64,000 nucleotides of DNA. It comes from an uncultured Clostridia bacterium (GTDB taxonomy: Bacteria; Bacillota; Clostridia; TANB77; CAG-465). Each line of letters opens with the position of its first letter. Within the stretch, counting starts at the first letter, position 1. A program made the translations under genes and the position numbers. Positions 22,865 to 33,078 of this stretch are shown piece after piece. The DNA lies in NCBI GenBank assembly GCA_947625855.1, contig CANQPW010000003.1, forward strand, positions 33 through 64,032. The letters are read 5' to 3'. A model generated the notes under the pieces. That model searched no databases. It saw only the letters and a program-made list of their open reading frames with translations, and was not told the origin of the DNA.

Positions 22865-25800
22865 TTACTGATTTTTAGTTTTTATCTTTAACTTTATTAC
22901 AGCTAAAATAATAACTCCAACAAACATTAAAGATAAACCTATTTTATAAAATCGAGATGTTCCAATAGCACCAGATGCTGGAAAACTAAATACTGATGTA
23001 TTTGGTAGTAATAATTCTACTCCATTTTTTACTACAAATGCTGGTGGTAAATTTTCTCCAAGTGCTGTTATATCTGGTACATTTTTTCCTGCTTCAAATA
23101 CTACCTTCCATTGTCCTTGTGGTTTTAATCTACCAAGTGCTGCTTTATCTTCTACAAGTCTATATTCTTCTCCTAATATTATTCCTTCAAATTTTACCTG
23201 TCCATCTATGTTATCTTCTCCACTTAATTTTTCTCCTACTTTTTCAAAGCATTCATTAATATTATTTGAATCTAATAACATATTATGGTCTTCATCTGTA
23301 TGATGTGTAGGATCTTTACATACTAGTCTATATAATGTAAACTTTGCTCCATTTAATGGATTTTCTTGATTTTCACTTTCTACTTTCTTAAATTCAAAAT
23401 CTACTAAACTTGATGCATTTATATATTCTACTAATTCATCATCATCTAACTTTCCACTCTCATTTGATGGTACTGTTGTAAAGTTATTTTTTCCTTCTTC
23501 TACTTCTTCTATTTTATACTCTAATCCTTTTGGTAAATTCTCTATTGTTATATTTTGTCCATGTTTTAATTTTACACTTCCAGTAGAACTTCCATCTTCA
23601 TTTTGTGTAAATTCTATTGTTCCATCCAGTGCAGGAGTCACATCATCTACAAAGCTTGACCCTTTATAATCATAGCTATCATATAACACTATATCACTTT
23701 CTGGTGTAAATGTTATTTCAAATGTCCAGTCTCTTTCTTTATCATCAGTTGTTCCAACAACTGTTTTTCTTAAATCTAATTTTACTAATTCCTGTGTAAA
23801 TTTATTTATATAATTTGCCTCATCTGTTAAACCTGCTTCTGTGATACCTGTAATTGTTCTTTCGTTTACTTCAAAATCATCATCTTCTCTTCCTGCTACA
23901 CTTACAAATTCAAATGCAGGATTTTGTATTTCATGTTCAGTAACTATATATGATGTTCCAGCACTTAATCCAGATACTAAAATTCCTTCACCATCTTTTA
24001 GTGTAAATGTTGCAGTAGCTGTATTAGTTGCATTGTCTATATTAAATTTTAGTTCTTTTATTCTCATATCAACTGTTAGTTTAAATAAAGGATCTGTATT
24101 ATCTTCATCTTTATATACTCGTATTAAATTTCCATCTGTTTTTTCAGGACCTGAATAAGCAGTTATTGTTCCATCACTATTAACTAATCTTTCTTTATAG
24201 CTATTTCCAACCCAATACACTGTTCTTTTACCATCTACATCAAGTATATATCCTTCATTATCCGTTATAACATAAGTTGTATCTGCCTCAGGAATCCATT
24301 GTGTACCATTCCAAATATATGTAAATACTATTGCTCTTTCATTTGCTATATCTCCAATTAATTTTAAATCAAATGTAAATTCTTCATTTTTTGCCTCTAA
24401 GAAATGATTTTTATCAACATTTGCTTCAACAGTTTTTGTTATAAATAACCATGTTTCTTGAACTGCTAATGCTCCATTATTTCCAAGATAAGTTATAATA
24501 CTATAATTTGAAGAATCAGCAGTAGTACCATATACAGGTGCATAATATAGTGTTGCTGTATCTGTTTCATTTTGAGATTTCAAATGTGAGTAACTTGTTA
24601 TATTTCCAACACGTTTTCCACCAACTTTTGTTGTTACTATTATACCTTCACCTGGTTCATCTACTTCAAGACGATTAGAAACATCATAATATGTTATATA
24701 TTTTTCATTATTTTCTCCAAAGAAGTCAGACCCTTTACATGATGCTGCATATTGAACTAATCTACCATCTGCCCCATCTGGTGTTTTCTCTCTTATATAA
24801 TAATCAATTGGAATATAATATGTATCATCCATATTTATTTCTTCCATAGTTTTTACTTCATCACTTAATTCGATTTCACCACCAGTTGATGTCATTTCTC
24901 CTTCTCCGCCTGAACTATTTTTATATATTTTTAGATTATTTTGAAATACATAAAATCTATTTTTCTTTGATGGTGAAAATGTTACTGATGGATTTCCAAA
25001 AGTATATCTTCTTCTGCTATCAAAATTTTCTCCACTATAATAATTTGAATAAAAGAATGACCATTCTTCACCATCTATATTTTTCAAATTTTTTAAGAAA
25101 TATTCTCTTGAAAGTCTACTTAAATCTATTTTTCCTGTACTTTTACTTATGATTTCATCAGATATTCCAACTGTATATGTAACTCTAAGTGGTAAACAAT
25201 ACTGAGTATCTGTATTTGTCTCATATCTTAATACTTTTTGAAACTCATCAACATCTATCATATCTAAGTGTATTGGAAGTGCAGAACTTGGAATATTAAT
25301 ATGCACTGCCTCACTATACAGTGAATCAATATCGTGTTCTTCATCAGTATCATAATTATCGCTATCTTCAACCCATATTCTTATATCACTCAGTTTATAT
25401 GTTATCTTAGAATCATCACCATAACTCATATTAACTCTTTCTATTGATCTGTCTTGTGTTGGTATATTTAGACGATAAAGAGTAAATACAACATTATTTA
25501 AAGCCTCATTAGACGACAAATATCCTTCCGGCAAAAATCCTTCTTGATCTTTATTACCATCAACATATTCTCGTGTAAGATAATATGTATCACCTGCAGC
25601 CCAGCTTCCTTCATCTCCTAAGTAATTTCCTTCACTATCATACCAACCATTGCCATGACCTTTCATATCAAAATTTGCATCATAAACAGCAGTTTTTACA
25701 ATTGGATAATTTTCTCCAAATAACAATAAATTAGTGATATCTTTTACTTCCATATATTTTCCAATAGGGTCTACATATGTTAGTGCATCTGTTACTCCAG

Positions 25801-27775
25801 AATCATTTTGTCCTTCAACGGGTACAAAAGCCTCAGTAAGTAGCATATCAAATACTTGATCAAATATAGTTTCTATATTTTCATCACTTGCATCAAAATA
25901 TGCATTATTAAATTTAAATTCCTCAAGAGAATTTACATCAAATTGTGCAAGATACTCTTTTGTAAACTTTTCTTCATTTTCCATATATGGATTTGCAATA
26001 TTTTGTTCTGCATAACCTCCTGATGAGATACGAACTGCATCTGCTGGACGTGGAGAATCTTTACTACTTGAGAAACTACTACTTGAACTATACCAATATA
26101 CTGACATATCTGGTGATGCGGTACTTGCAGTTATACTACCTATTGTAGGTTCAGGTAAAAGTGGAACACCTGAGTGATTTCTTATAAAATAATCGTTAGT
26201 TTCATCATATGCTTCACAATCAATAGTTGGATGAAATAATGTAAAATCATCTATATATTTTGTTCCATCATACGAGAAGAAACGTGGTTCATTACCATTT
26301 GCATATTCATTAACCATTTTATAAACATTATTTATTGTTTCTATTGTTTCTTCTGATAAATCAGAGAATGCACTTAAATCTTCAGTCAAATAGGTCTTTG
26401 GATCTAATGACAACTTTGCATTTACATTAGAAAGGCTTACACCTATTGAATATATTGCCATTTCATTTCTATAATTTGCTTCAGCGACCTTTTTCCAATA
26501 TGATGCTGTCATTAAAGGCTTTAATGAACGCAACACATCAGTCCTTGTTTGTGAACCATGCCAATTAAAATATTCATTTACATTATATGGGTAATTTTTT
26601 TGAGTTGTAACATCTTCACTTGTAGAGAATGTATTTTTTGTATCTTCACCTACTGTTCCGGGCATCCACCAAGATGCATAATCACTTGCTGTATTTGAAG
26701 CTCCATCTGAAAGAGTTACAAAAACTGGTACATAATCTACATCTTTTGTAACATAATGTGCAACTGTATTTTCTGCTTCTGCAAGCATTCTTAATCCCAA
26801 ATAATATGCTGATTGTATATTAGTTCCACCTTCTGTTGTTTGTGATATTGTTACAATATTATCATCATTATCATCTTTATTTTCACCATTTACTTTATCC
26901 AAATTATAGTCTTTTGCATGTGTAACAACATCTGATGAAGTACTTGGTTTATATTTGAACGTTATAACTCTACCATAGCCATATTCTCTTGTATCATTAT
27001 ATATTGCACCTTCTTCACCATAATATCCTTGACTTTCACTATCAAGATCTGGCCATCCTCCTGATACAGTTAAGTATTTATACTCTATATCATCTGAGCC
27101 CGATTTACTCATTCTTGAATATGTTATTGTTTGTCCTTCTTTACCATCTACATTTACATTTGTTAACTCAACTACACCATTTTTATCTATAAAAGTACCT
27201 GCACTCTCATAGTGATCAAGTGGTATTAAAGTATATGCATTATCATCAAATAATACAATTCCAACTCTGTTATATGGACTTAATTCCATAAGATTTGTTA
27301 TCATTTTATCAGCAGCTTTTATTACTAAACTCATTCTACTATCAGAGTCATCACCTGAATACATAGAACTTGAAACATCAATTATCATAACTAAATCTAT
27401 TGGTACAGGTGGATATTCAGTTACAACTTGACTTGAACCTAAAGCAGAAAAAACATGCAAGAAATCTTCATTGTAACTTATATCAAATTTTTCATCTAAA
27501 GTAACTACATTAGGATTATTAGTACCATCATGAGCAAAAACTGACTTATCAGACCAAACACGACCATTATAACGGCCACCAACTGTTGGATTTGATACTA
27601 CACTTTTATAGTCATCTACTGTACTAGAATCAGCAATTCTAAGTACTTTTTCATCTGTTAAATCAGAATGTAATGCCAAATCTTTATCATTCATTGCACT
27701 AACAATAAAAATTGCAACACTAAAAATTAATAAAACTATACCAACCGTAAAAAAACTTAACCTTTTCTTTTTCAT
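22865..27775 (-). CDS. Giant VWA/MIDAS surface adhesin, paralog 1 (candidate pilus-tip or wall-anchored adhesin)
   Basis: 1636 aa. Signal peptide, then DLVMIIDVSSSM (DxSxS MIDAS start of a VWA domain), then a long beta-rich stalk. C-terminal Cna-B/SpaA-like modules (NPLNGAKFTLYRL, EEYRLVEDKA). C-terminal hydrophobic helix plus basic tail, preceded by LPNTS...FPASG. Confidence 0.8.
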   Translation of the reverse strand: MKKKRLSFFTVGIVLLIFSVAIFIVSAMNDKDLALHSDLTDEKVLRIADSSTVDDYKSVVSNPTVGGRYNGRVWSDKSVFAHDGTNNPNVVTLDEKFDISYNEDFLHVFSALGSSQVVTEYPPVPIDLVMIIDVSSSMYSGDDSDSRMSLVIKAADKMITNLMELSPYNRVGIVLFDDNAYTLIPLDHYESAGTFIDKNGVVELTNVNVDGKEGQTITYSRMSKSGSDDIEYKYLTVSGGWPDLDSESQGYYGEEGAIYNDTREYGYGRVITFKYKPSTSSDVVTHAKDYNLDKVNGENKDDNDDNIVTISQTTEGGTNIQSAYYLGLRMLAEAENTVAHYVTKDVDYVPVFVTLSDGASNTASDYASWWMPGTVGEDTKNTFSTSEDVTTQKNYPYNVNEYFNWHGSQTRTDVLRSLKPLMTASYWKKVAEANYRNEMAIYSIGVSLSNVNAKLSLDPKTYLTEDLSAFSDLSEETIETINNVYKMVNEYANGNEPRFFSYDGTKYIDDFTLFHPTIDCEAYDETNDYFIRNHSGVPLLPEPTIGSITASTASPDMSVYWYSSSSSFSSSKDSPRPADAVRISSGGYAEQNIANPYMENEEKFTKEYLAQFDVNSLEEFKFNNAYFDASDENIETIFDQVFDMLLTEAFVPVEGQNDSGVTDALTYVDPIGKYMEVKDITNLLLFGENYPIVKTAVYDANFDMKGHGNGWYDSEGNYLGDEGSWAAGDTYYLTREYVDGNKDQEGFLPEGYLSSNEALNNVVFTLYRLNIPTQDRSIERVNMSYGDDSKITYKLSDIRIWVEDSDNYDTDEEHDIDSLYSEAVHINIPSSALPIHLDMIDVDEFQKVLRYETNTDTQYCLPLRVTYTVGISDEIISKSTGKIDLSRLSREYFLKNLKNIDGEEWSFFYSNYYSGENFDSRRRYTFGNPSVTFSPSKKNRFYVFQNNLKIYKNSSGGEGEMTSTGGEIELSDEVKTMEEINMDDTYYIPIDYYIREKTPDGADGRLVQYAASCKGSDFFGENNEKYITYYDVSNRLEVDEPGEGIIVTTKVGGKRVGNITSYSHLKSQNETDTATLYYAPVYGTTADSSNYSIITYLGNNGALAVQETWLFITKTVEANVDKNHFLEAKNEEFTFDLKLIGDIANERAIVFTYIWNGTQWIPEADTTYVITDNEGYILDVDGKRTVYWVGNSYKERLVNSDGTITAYSGPEKTDGNLIRVYKDEDNTDPLFKLTVDMRIKELKFNIDNATNTATATFTLKDGEGILVSGLSAGTSYIVTEHEIQNPAFEFVSVAGREDDDFEVNERTITGITEAGLTDEANYINKFTQELVKLDLRKTVVGTTDDKERDWTFEITFTPESDIVLYDSYDYKGSSFVDDVTPALDGTIEFTQNEDGSSTGSVKLKHGQNITIENLPKGLEYKIEEVEEGKNNFTTVPSNESGKLDDDELVEYINASSLVDFEFKKVESENQENPLNGAKFTLYRLVCKDPTHHTDEDHNMLLDSNNINECFEKVGEKLSGEDNIDGQVKFEGIILGEEYRLVEDKAALGRLKPQGQWKVVFEAGKNVPDITALGENLPPAFVVKNGVELLLPNTSVFSFPASGAIGTSRFYKIGLSLMFVGVIILAVIKLKIKTKNQ
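23141..23618. repeat. 478-nt block perfectly identical to 28285..28762 (inside the two VWA paralogs)
   Basis: Compared line by line at a constant offset of 5144 nt with no mismatch found. Flanks on both sides show scattered substitutions. Confidence 0.85.
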
Positions 27776-27916
27776 AAAATCCCCTTAAAAATTATATAAA
27801 CGAATATAACTAATACTTAAATTTTTAATAGTATTAGCCTCTTATATATTCTTTTCATCTTACATTATTAACTTTACCATGTATTATACCCCTTAAAAAA
27901 AATACATTTCAATTTT

Positions 27917-27945
27917 ATATTACCACTACTTAAGAAAAAAATCAA
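27917..27945 (-). promoter_or_regulatory. Promoter of VWA paralog 1
   Basis: Minus strand TTGATT, 17 nt, TAATAT with TGg extended -10. The block is conserved upstream of paralog 2. A second candidate lies just downstream (TTGAAA, 18 nt, TATAAT at 27883-27912), so the true TSS is ambiguous. Confidence 0.5.
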
Positions 27946-27961
27946 TAAAATATACATAAAA

Positions 27962-27998
27962 ATATGATAGATTATCAAATTAACATAATCTATCATAT
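27962..27998 (-). terminator. Terminator of VWA paralog 2
   Basis: Perfect 14-bp inverted repeat ATATGATAGATTAT / ATAATCTATCATAT with a 9-nt loop, followed on the minus strand by TTTT. Located 10 nt after the stop codon. Confidence 0.6.
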
Positions 27999-28008
27999 TT
28001 TATATTTT

Positions 28009-31000
28009 TTACTGTTTTTCTGTCTTCATCTTTAATTTTATTACAGCCAAAATAACAACTCCAACAAACATTAAAGAAAGTCCTATTTTATAAAATAGAG
28101 ATGTTCCAATAGCACCAGATGATGGAAAACTAAATATTGATGTATTTGGTAGTAATAATTCTACTCCATTTTTAACTACAAATGCTGGTGGTAAATTTTC
28201 TCCAAGTGCTGTTATATCTGGTACATTTTTTCCTGCTTCAAATACTACCCTCCACTGTCCTTGTGGTTTTACTCTACCTAGTGTTGCTTTATCTTCTACA
28301 AGTCTATATTCTTCTCCTAATATTATTCCTTCAAATTTTACCTGTCCATCTATGTTATCTTCTCCACTTAATTTTTCTCCTACTTTTTCAAAGCATTCAT
28401 TAATATTATTTGAATCTAATAACATATTATGGTCTTCATCTGTATGATGTGTAGGATCTTTACATACTAGTCTATATAATGTAAACTTTGCTCCATTTAA
28501 TGGATTTTCTTGATTTTCACTTTCTACTTTCTTAAATTCAAAATCTACTAAACTTGATGCATTTATATATTCTACTAATTCATCATCATCTAACTTTCCA
28601 CTCTCATTTGATGGTACTGTTGTAAAGTTATTTTTTCCTTCTTCTACTTCTTCTATTTTATACTCTAATCCTTTTGGTAAATTCTCTATTGTTATATTTT
28701 GTCCATGTTTTAATTTTACACTTCCAGTAGAACTTCCATCTTCATTTTGTGTAAATTCTATTTTTCCATCCAGTGCAGGAGTCACATCATCTACAAAGCT
28801 TGACCCTTTATAATCATAACTATCATATAACACTATATCACTTTGTGGTATAAATGTTATTTTAAAAGTCCAGTCTCTTTTCTTATCCTCACTTGTTCCA
28901 ACAACTGTTTTTCTTAAATCTAATTTTACTAATTCTTGAGTAAATTTATTTACATAATTTGCCTCATCTGCTAAACCTGCTTCTGTAATACCTGTAATTG
29001 TTCTTTCGTTTACTTCAAAATCATCATCTTTTCTTCCTGTTACACTTACAAATTCAAATGCAGGATTTTGTGGCTCATGTTCAGTAACTACATATGATGT
29101 TCCAGCATTTAATCCAGATATTAAAATTCCCTCTCCATCTTTTAATGTAAATGTTGTTGTTACTATATTTGTACTCTTATCAACATTAAATTCAAGGTCT
29201 TTTATTTTCATATCAACAGTAATTTTATATAACGGTACTGTATTACTTAAATCGCTATATACACGTATTGTTTCAGATGTTTCCTTATCAGGGCCAGTAT
29301 ATGTAGTAATTGTTCCGTCTGAATTTATGGTTCTTGATTCTAAATCGTTTCCAACCCAATACTTTGTTCTCTTTCCATCTAAATCAAGTATATATCCTTC
29401 ATTATCCGTCACAACATACATATCCTCTGCTGCAGGTATCCATTTTGTTCCGTCCCATATATATGTAAATACTATTGCTCTTTCATTAGCTACATCACCT
29501 ATTAATTTTAAATCATATGTAAACTCCTCATTTTTTGCTTTTAAGAAATGATTTTTATCAACATTTGATTCAACAGTTTTTGTTATGAACAGCCATGTTT
29601 CTTGAACCGCTAATGCACCATTATTACCAAGGTAAGTTATAATACTATAATTTCCTTCCATATCTGCTACACTACCATATACAAGTGCATAATATAGTGT
29701 TGCTGTATCTGTTTCATTTTTTAATTTTAAATGTGAGTAATTTGTTATATTTCCAACACGTTTTCCACCAATTTTTGTCGCAACTACTATACCTTCACCT
29801 GGTGCATCCCCTTCTATATTTTCTGCTTCGTTATAATAAGTTATATATTTTTCACCATTATTTCCGAAAAAATCAGATCCTTTACAAGATACTGCATATT
29901 TTACTTTTCTGCCAATTGTACCATCAGAATTTTGACTAGGAATAAAATAATCTATTGTAAAATAATATGTTTCATCATCTATTATTTCATCAATACTTTT
30001 TACCTCATCACTTAGCTCAATACTACCTCCTGTTTCAACTACTTCACCTTCTCCACCAGAGCTATTTTTATATATCTTTAAATTATTTTGAAATACATAA
30101 AATCTATTTTCTGATGATGGTGAAAATGTTACTGAAGGATTTCCAAAAGTATATCTTCTTCTACTATCAAAATTTTCTCCACTATAATAATTTGAATAAA
30201 AATATGCCCATTCTTCTCCATCTTTTTCTTTTATATTATTTGTAAAATATTCTCTAGAAAGTCTACTTAAATCTATTTTTCCTGTTTTGCTATTTATTAT
30301 TTCATCAGTTATTCCAACAGTATACACAACTCTAAGTGGTAAAGCATAATCAGTTTCTGCATTTGTATTGTAGTTTATGACATTTGAAAATTCATCTATA
30401 TCTATTGAGCTTAAAAGAATTGGAAGTACATTTGTTGGTACATTAATATGTAATGCTTCCTCATAAAAAGAATCTTCATCATGTTCTTCATCAGTATTAT
30501 AATCTCCACTATCTTCAATCCATATTCTTATATCACTTAGTTTATATGTGACATCACTACTATTACCATAACTTGGATTATTTCTTATCATAGTTCTTTC
30601 ACTTTGAGCTAAATTTAGACGGTAAAGTGTAAATACTATATTATCTAATGCTTGTTTAGAGCTCAAATATCCCTCTGGTAAAAAACCTTCTTGAGTTTTT
30701 GAACCTTCAACATACTCACGTGTTAGATAATATGTATCACCTGCGTCCCAACTTCCTTCATCTCCTAAGAAGTTTCCCTCACTGTCATACCAACCATTTC
30801 CATTACCTTTCATATCAAAATTTGCGTCATATACACCAGTTTTAACTACTGGATAATTATTACCAAATAATAATAGATTAGTAACATCTTTTATTTCCAT
30901 ATATTTTCCAATAGGGTCTGTATAAGTTAAAGCATCTTTAATTCCCATATCATTATATCCCTCTATTGGTTTAAATGCTTCTCCTTCAATTTCGTATAAG

Positions 31001-32979
31001 ATTTTTCCAAGTTCTTCACTTATATTACTAGACATTACATCATAAAATCCATTGTTATATACCATATTATTTTTAACATCTTCATTTGTTATTGTGACAT
31101 CAAAAGTATCATTATATGATGCCTCTTCACTAATTGGTAACATATGTACTTTAACCTGAGCCGAATTCGTATTTGCCTCAGCATCTTGTCCATTTTTCCA
31201 TTTTTCCCAAGACGATATAAGTCCTTGATATATTGTTGCTTTAGTTATACCAAAACCATTTTGTAGTTCTGGTCCAAATAGTTCTTCATTATCCCACCAA
31301 TTTGGTATATCACTAAATAAATTATTTCCTGGGTCAACAATTGGATAAAGCCTAAGTTTTCCCCATTGTGGAATATGCTCAGCATCAATACTCATTGTAT
31401 ATGTTTTAGGGGAAATCCTAGATTCTTGAGTTGCCCCATTTTCTGTCCATCCTTGTTCATAATGCTTATCTACTGCTGTTTTCATATATGATGCTGTCAT
31501 TAAACATTGTAAAACTGCCCCTGATGTACCAAAAGTATCATTATCATTACTATAAAAAGCACCTGCATAATTCCACGCTGGAATACCTGTTAAAGATCCA
31601 TTTTCTTCTTCCATACCAGGATTATAAAGAGAAGTTATAGCATGAGTATCATTTATACCTGGCAAATATACTTTATACCATTCATCACCAACATTATCAT
31701 TTAAACGATGTGAAAAATCACGTAAATCCATAGTCCAACCTAATTCTGGTTGAGTATGGTCTATTGCTGAGTTATCATTACGATAGCCATCATAATATTC
31801 ACTATATACACCATAAAATCTATCCCAATCATCCATTTCATTAAAAGCAAAATTTGCTCCACCATCTGTCATTATAATTGTAGCAGGAATACGCGCAACA
31901 GTAGTATTCATACCATTAGGAAGAATTGTTGAAAATGTTGTTTTACTTTCCTGTGCCAGTTGTGCATATGCTAAATATATACCACCTTGTGTATTTGTAA
32001 GATAACCAATATATTCATCTGCTTCAATTTCATTTTTTTCTTCATTTACACCTAAAGATAAATTTTCATCTGTTTGCACTTTATATCCAGGATATGCTTT
32101 TACCTTAGTATTTTTAACATTATTACTAATTATTTTTGTATAAATATTATTATCTGAAAATGTTGGATTATCATTATCATCCCTATATGCTTCTGCTTTT
32201 ACTGCAAAACAAGCATCTATATTTCGCGTCCAAAGTAGACCATATTCTCCTTCATATCTAAGATCTGCAAGATTATATAACGTCTCAAAACCAACAATAC
32301 TTATATATGGTTTATCATCAATTTTTTTATAATGTGCAAGTGGCATTAAAACAGTAGCACCAGCACCATATGCTACTATGGCAACTCTATTATTTTTATT
32401 TTGTTTCATCAATTCATCAATAGTTTTATTAATCGCATCTATTGATACTTTCAAACGAGAATTCTCAATTCTTTCTTTCATCGTACGTCTTTCACTTGGC
32501 GCATAATCTCCAGTAAATGGTGCATTGAAATCATCAATATTATATCTTATATCCTGTGCCATTGACGCAGACATATCTATATTAATTACTAAATCTATTG
32601 GACTAGGTGGATATTGTTTTAAAACTTGAGATGAACCTAATGCAGAAAATACATGTAAGAAATCTTCATTAAAATCAATATTAAACCTATTATCTAGCGT
32701 AACCTCATTACTTTGTGAAGTGCCATCATGAGCATAAACGGATTTATCCGACCATACATATCCGTTATATCTACCACCATTTAGTGGATTTTCTAATAAA
32801 TCTTTATAACTATCAACTGTATTAGTATCTGCAATACGTAAAACATTCTCATCTGCAAGATCTGCATGTAATGCTGAATTATCATCATTCATGTCACTAG
32901 CAATATAAATTATTGTAAATGCAATGAGTAATACTAAACATATTGAAAAAACACTTAATCTATTAATTCTTTTTTTCAT
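28009..32979 (-). CDS. Giant VWA/MIDAS surface adhesin, paralog 2
   Basis: 1656 aa with the same architecture as paralog 1. MIDAS DLVINIDMSASM. The C-terminal ~1000 aa are highly similar to paralog 1. C-terminus LPNTS...FPSSG plus TM plus KLKMKTEKQ. Confidence 0.8.
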   Translation of the reverse strand: MKKRINRLSVFSICLVLLIAFTIIYIASDMNDDNSALHADLADENVLRIADTNTVDSYKDLLENPLNGGRYNGYVWSDKSVYAHDGTSQSNEVTLDNRFNIDFNEDFLHVFSALGSSQVLKQYPPSPIDLVINIDMSASMAQDIRYNIDDFNAPFTGDYAPSERRTMKERIENSRLKVSIDAINKTIDELMKQNKNNRVAIVAYGAGATVLMPLAHYKKIDDKPYISIVGFETLYNLADLRYEGEYGLLWTRNIDACFAVKAEAYRDDNDNPTFSDNNIYTKIISNNVKNTKVKAYPGYKVQTDENLSLGVNEEKNEIEADEYIGYLTNTQGGIYLAYAQLAQESKTTFSTILPNGMNTTVARIPATIIMTDGGANFAFNEMDDWDRFYGVYSEYYDGYRNDNSAIDHTQPELGWTMDLRDFSHRLNDNVGDEWYKVYLPGINDTHAITSLYNPGMEEENGSLTGIPAWNYAGAFYSNDNDTFGTSGAVLQCLMTASYMKTAVDKHYEQGWTENGATQESRISPKTYTMSIDAEHIPQWGKLRLYPIVDPGNNLFSDIPNWWDNEELFGPELQNGFGITKATIYQGLISSWEKWKNGQDAEANTNSAQVKVHMLPISEEASYNDTFDVTITNEDVKNNMVYNNGFYDVMSSNISEELGKILYEIEGEAFKPIEGYNDMGIKDALTYTDPIGKYMEIKDVTNLLLFGNNYPVVKTGVYDANFDMKGNGNGWYDSEGNFLGDEGSWDAGDTYYLTREYVEGSKTQEGFLPEGYLSSKQALDNIVFTLYRLNLAQSERTMIRNNPSYGNSSDVTYKLSDIRIWIEDSGDYNTDEEHDEDSFYEEALHINVPTNVLPILLSSIDIDEFSNVINYNTNAETDYALPLRVVYTVGITDEIINSKTGKIDLSRLSREYFTNNIKEKDGEEWAYFYSNYYSGENFDSRRRYTFGNPSVTFSPSSENRFYVFQNNLKIYKNSSGGEGEVVETGGSIELSDEVKSIDEIIDDETYYFTIDYFIPSQNSDGTIGRKVKYAVSCKGSDFFGNNGEKYITYYNEAENIEGDAPGEGIVVATKIGGKRVGNITNYSHLKLKNETDTATLYYALVYGSVADMEGNYSIITYLGNNGALAVQETWLFITKTVESNVDKNHFLKAKNEEFTYDLKLIGDVANERAIVFTYIWDGTKWIPAAEDMYVVTDNEGYILDLDGKRTKYWVGNDLESRTINSDGTITTYTGPDKETSETIRVYSDLSNTVPLYKITVDMKIKDLEFNVDKSTNIVTTTFTLKDGEGILISGLNAGTSYVVTEHEPQNPAFEFVSVTGRKDDDFEVNERTITGITEAGLADEANYVNKFTQELVKLDLRKTVVGTSEDKKRDWTFKITFIPQSDIVLYDSYDYKGSSFVDDVTPALDGKIEFTQNEDGSSTGSVKLKHGQNITIENLPKGLEYKIEEVEEGKNNFTTVPSNESGKLDDDELVEYINASSLVDFEFKKVESENQENPLNGAKFTLYRLVCKDPTHHTDEDHNMLLDSNNINECFEKVGEKLSGEDNIDGQVKFEGIILGEEYRLVEDKATLGRVKPQGQWRVVFEAGKNVPDITALGENLPPAFVVKNGVELLLPNTSIFSFPSSGAIGTSLFYKIGLSLMFVGVVILAVIKLKMKTEKQ

Positions 32980-33078
32980 ACTTTACCCCTTAAAAAACAA
33001 AAAATTTACTTAATTTACAATATCAACTTATAATTATATTGTTCATATTAATTATTATTATAAATTTATATGTATTTT

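Noticed and set aside
22865-32979. The 5.1-kb direct duplication considered as a mobile element or IS-mediated composite.
   Set aside because: There is no transposase or integrase ORF in any frame, and no terminal inverted repeats or target-site duplications. The repeat units are complete adhesin genes with promoters and terminators, consistent with ordinary tandem gene duplication.
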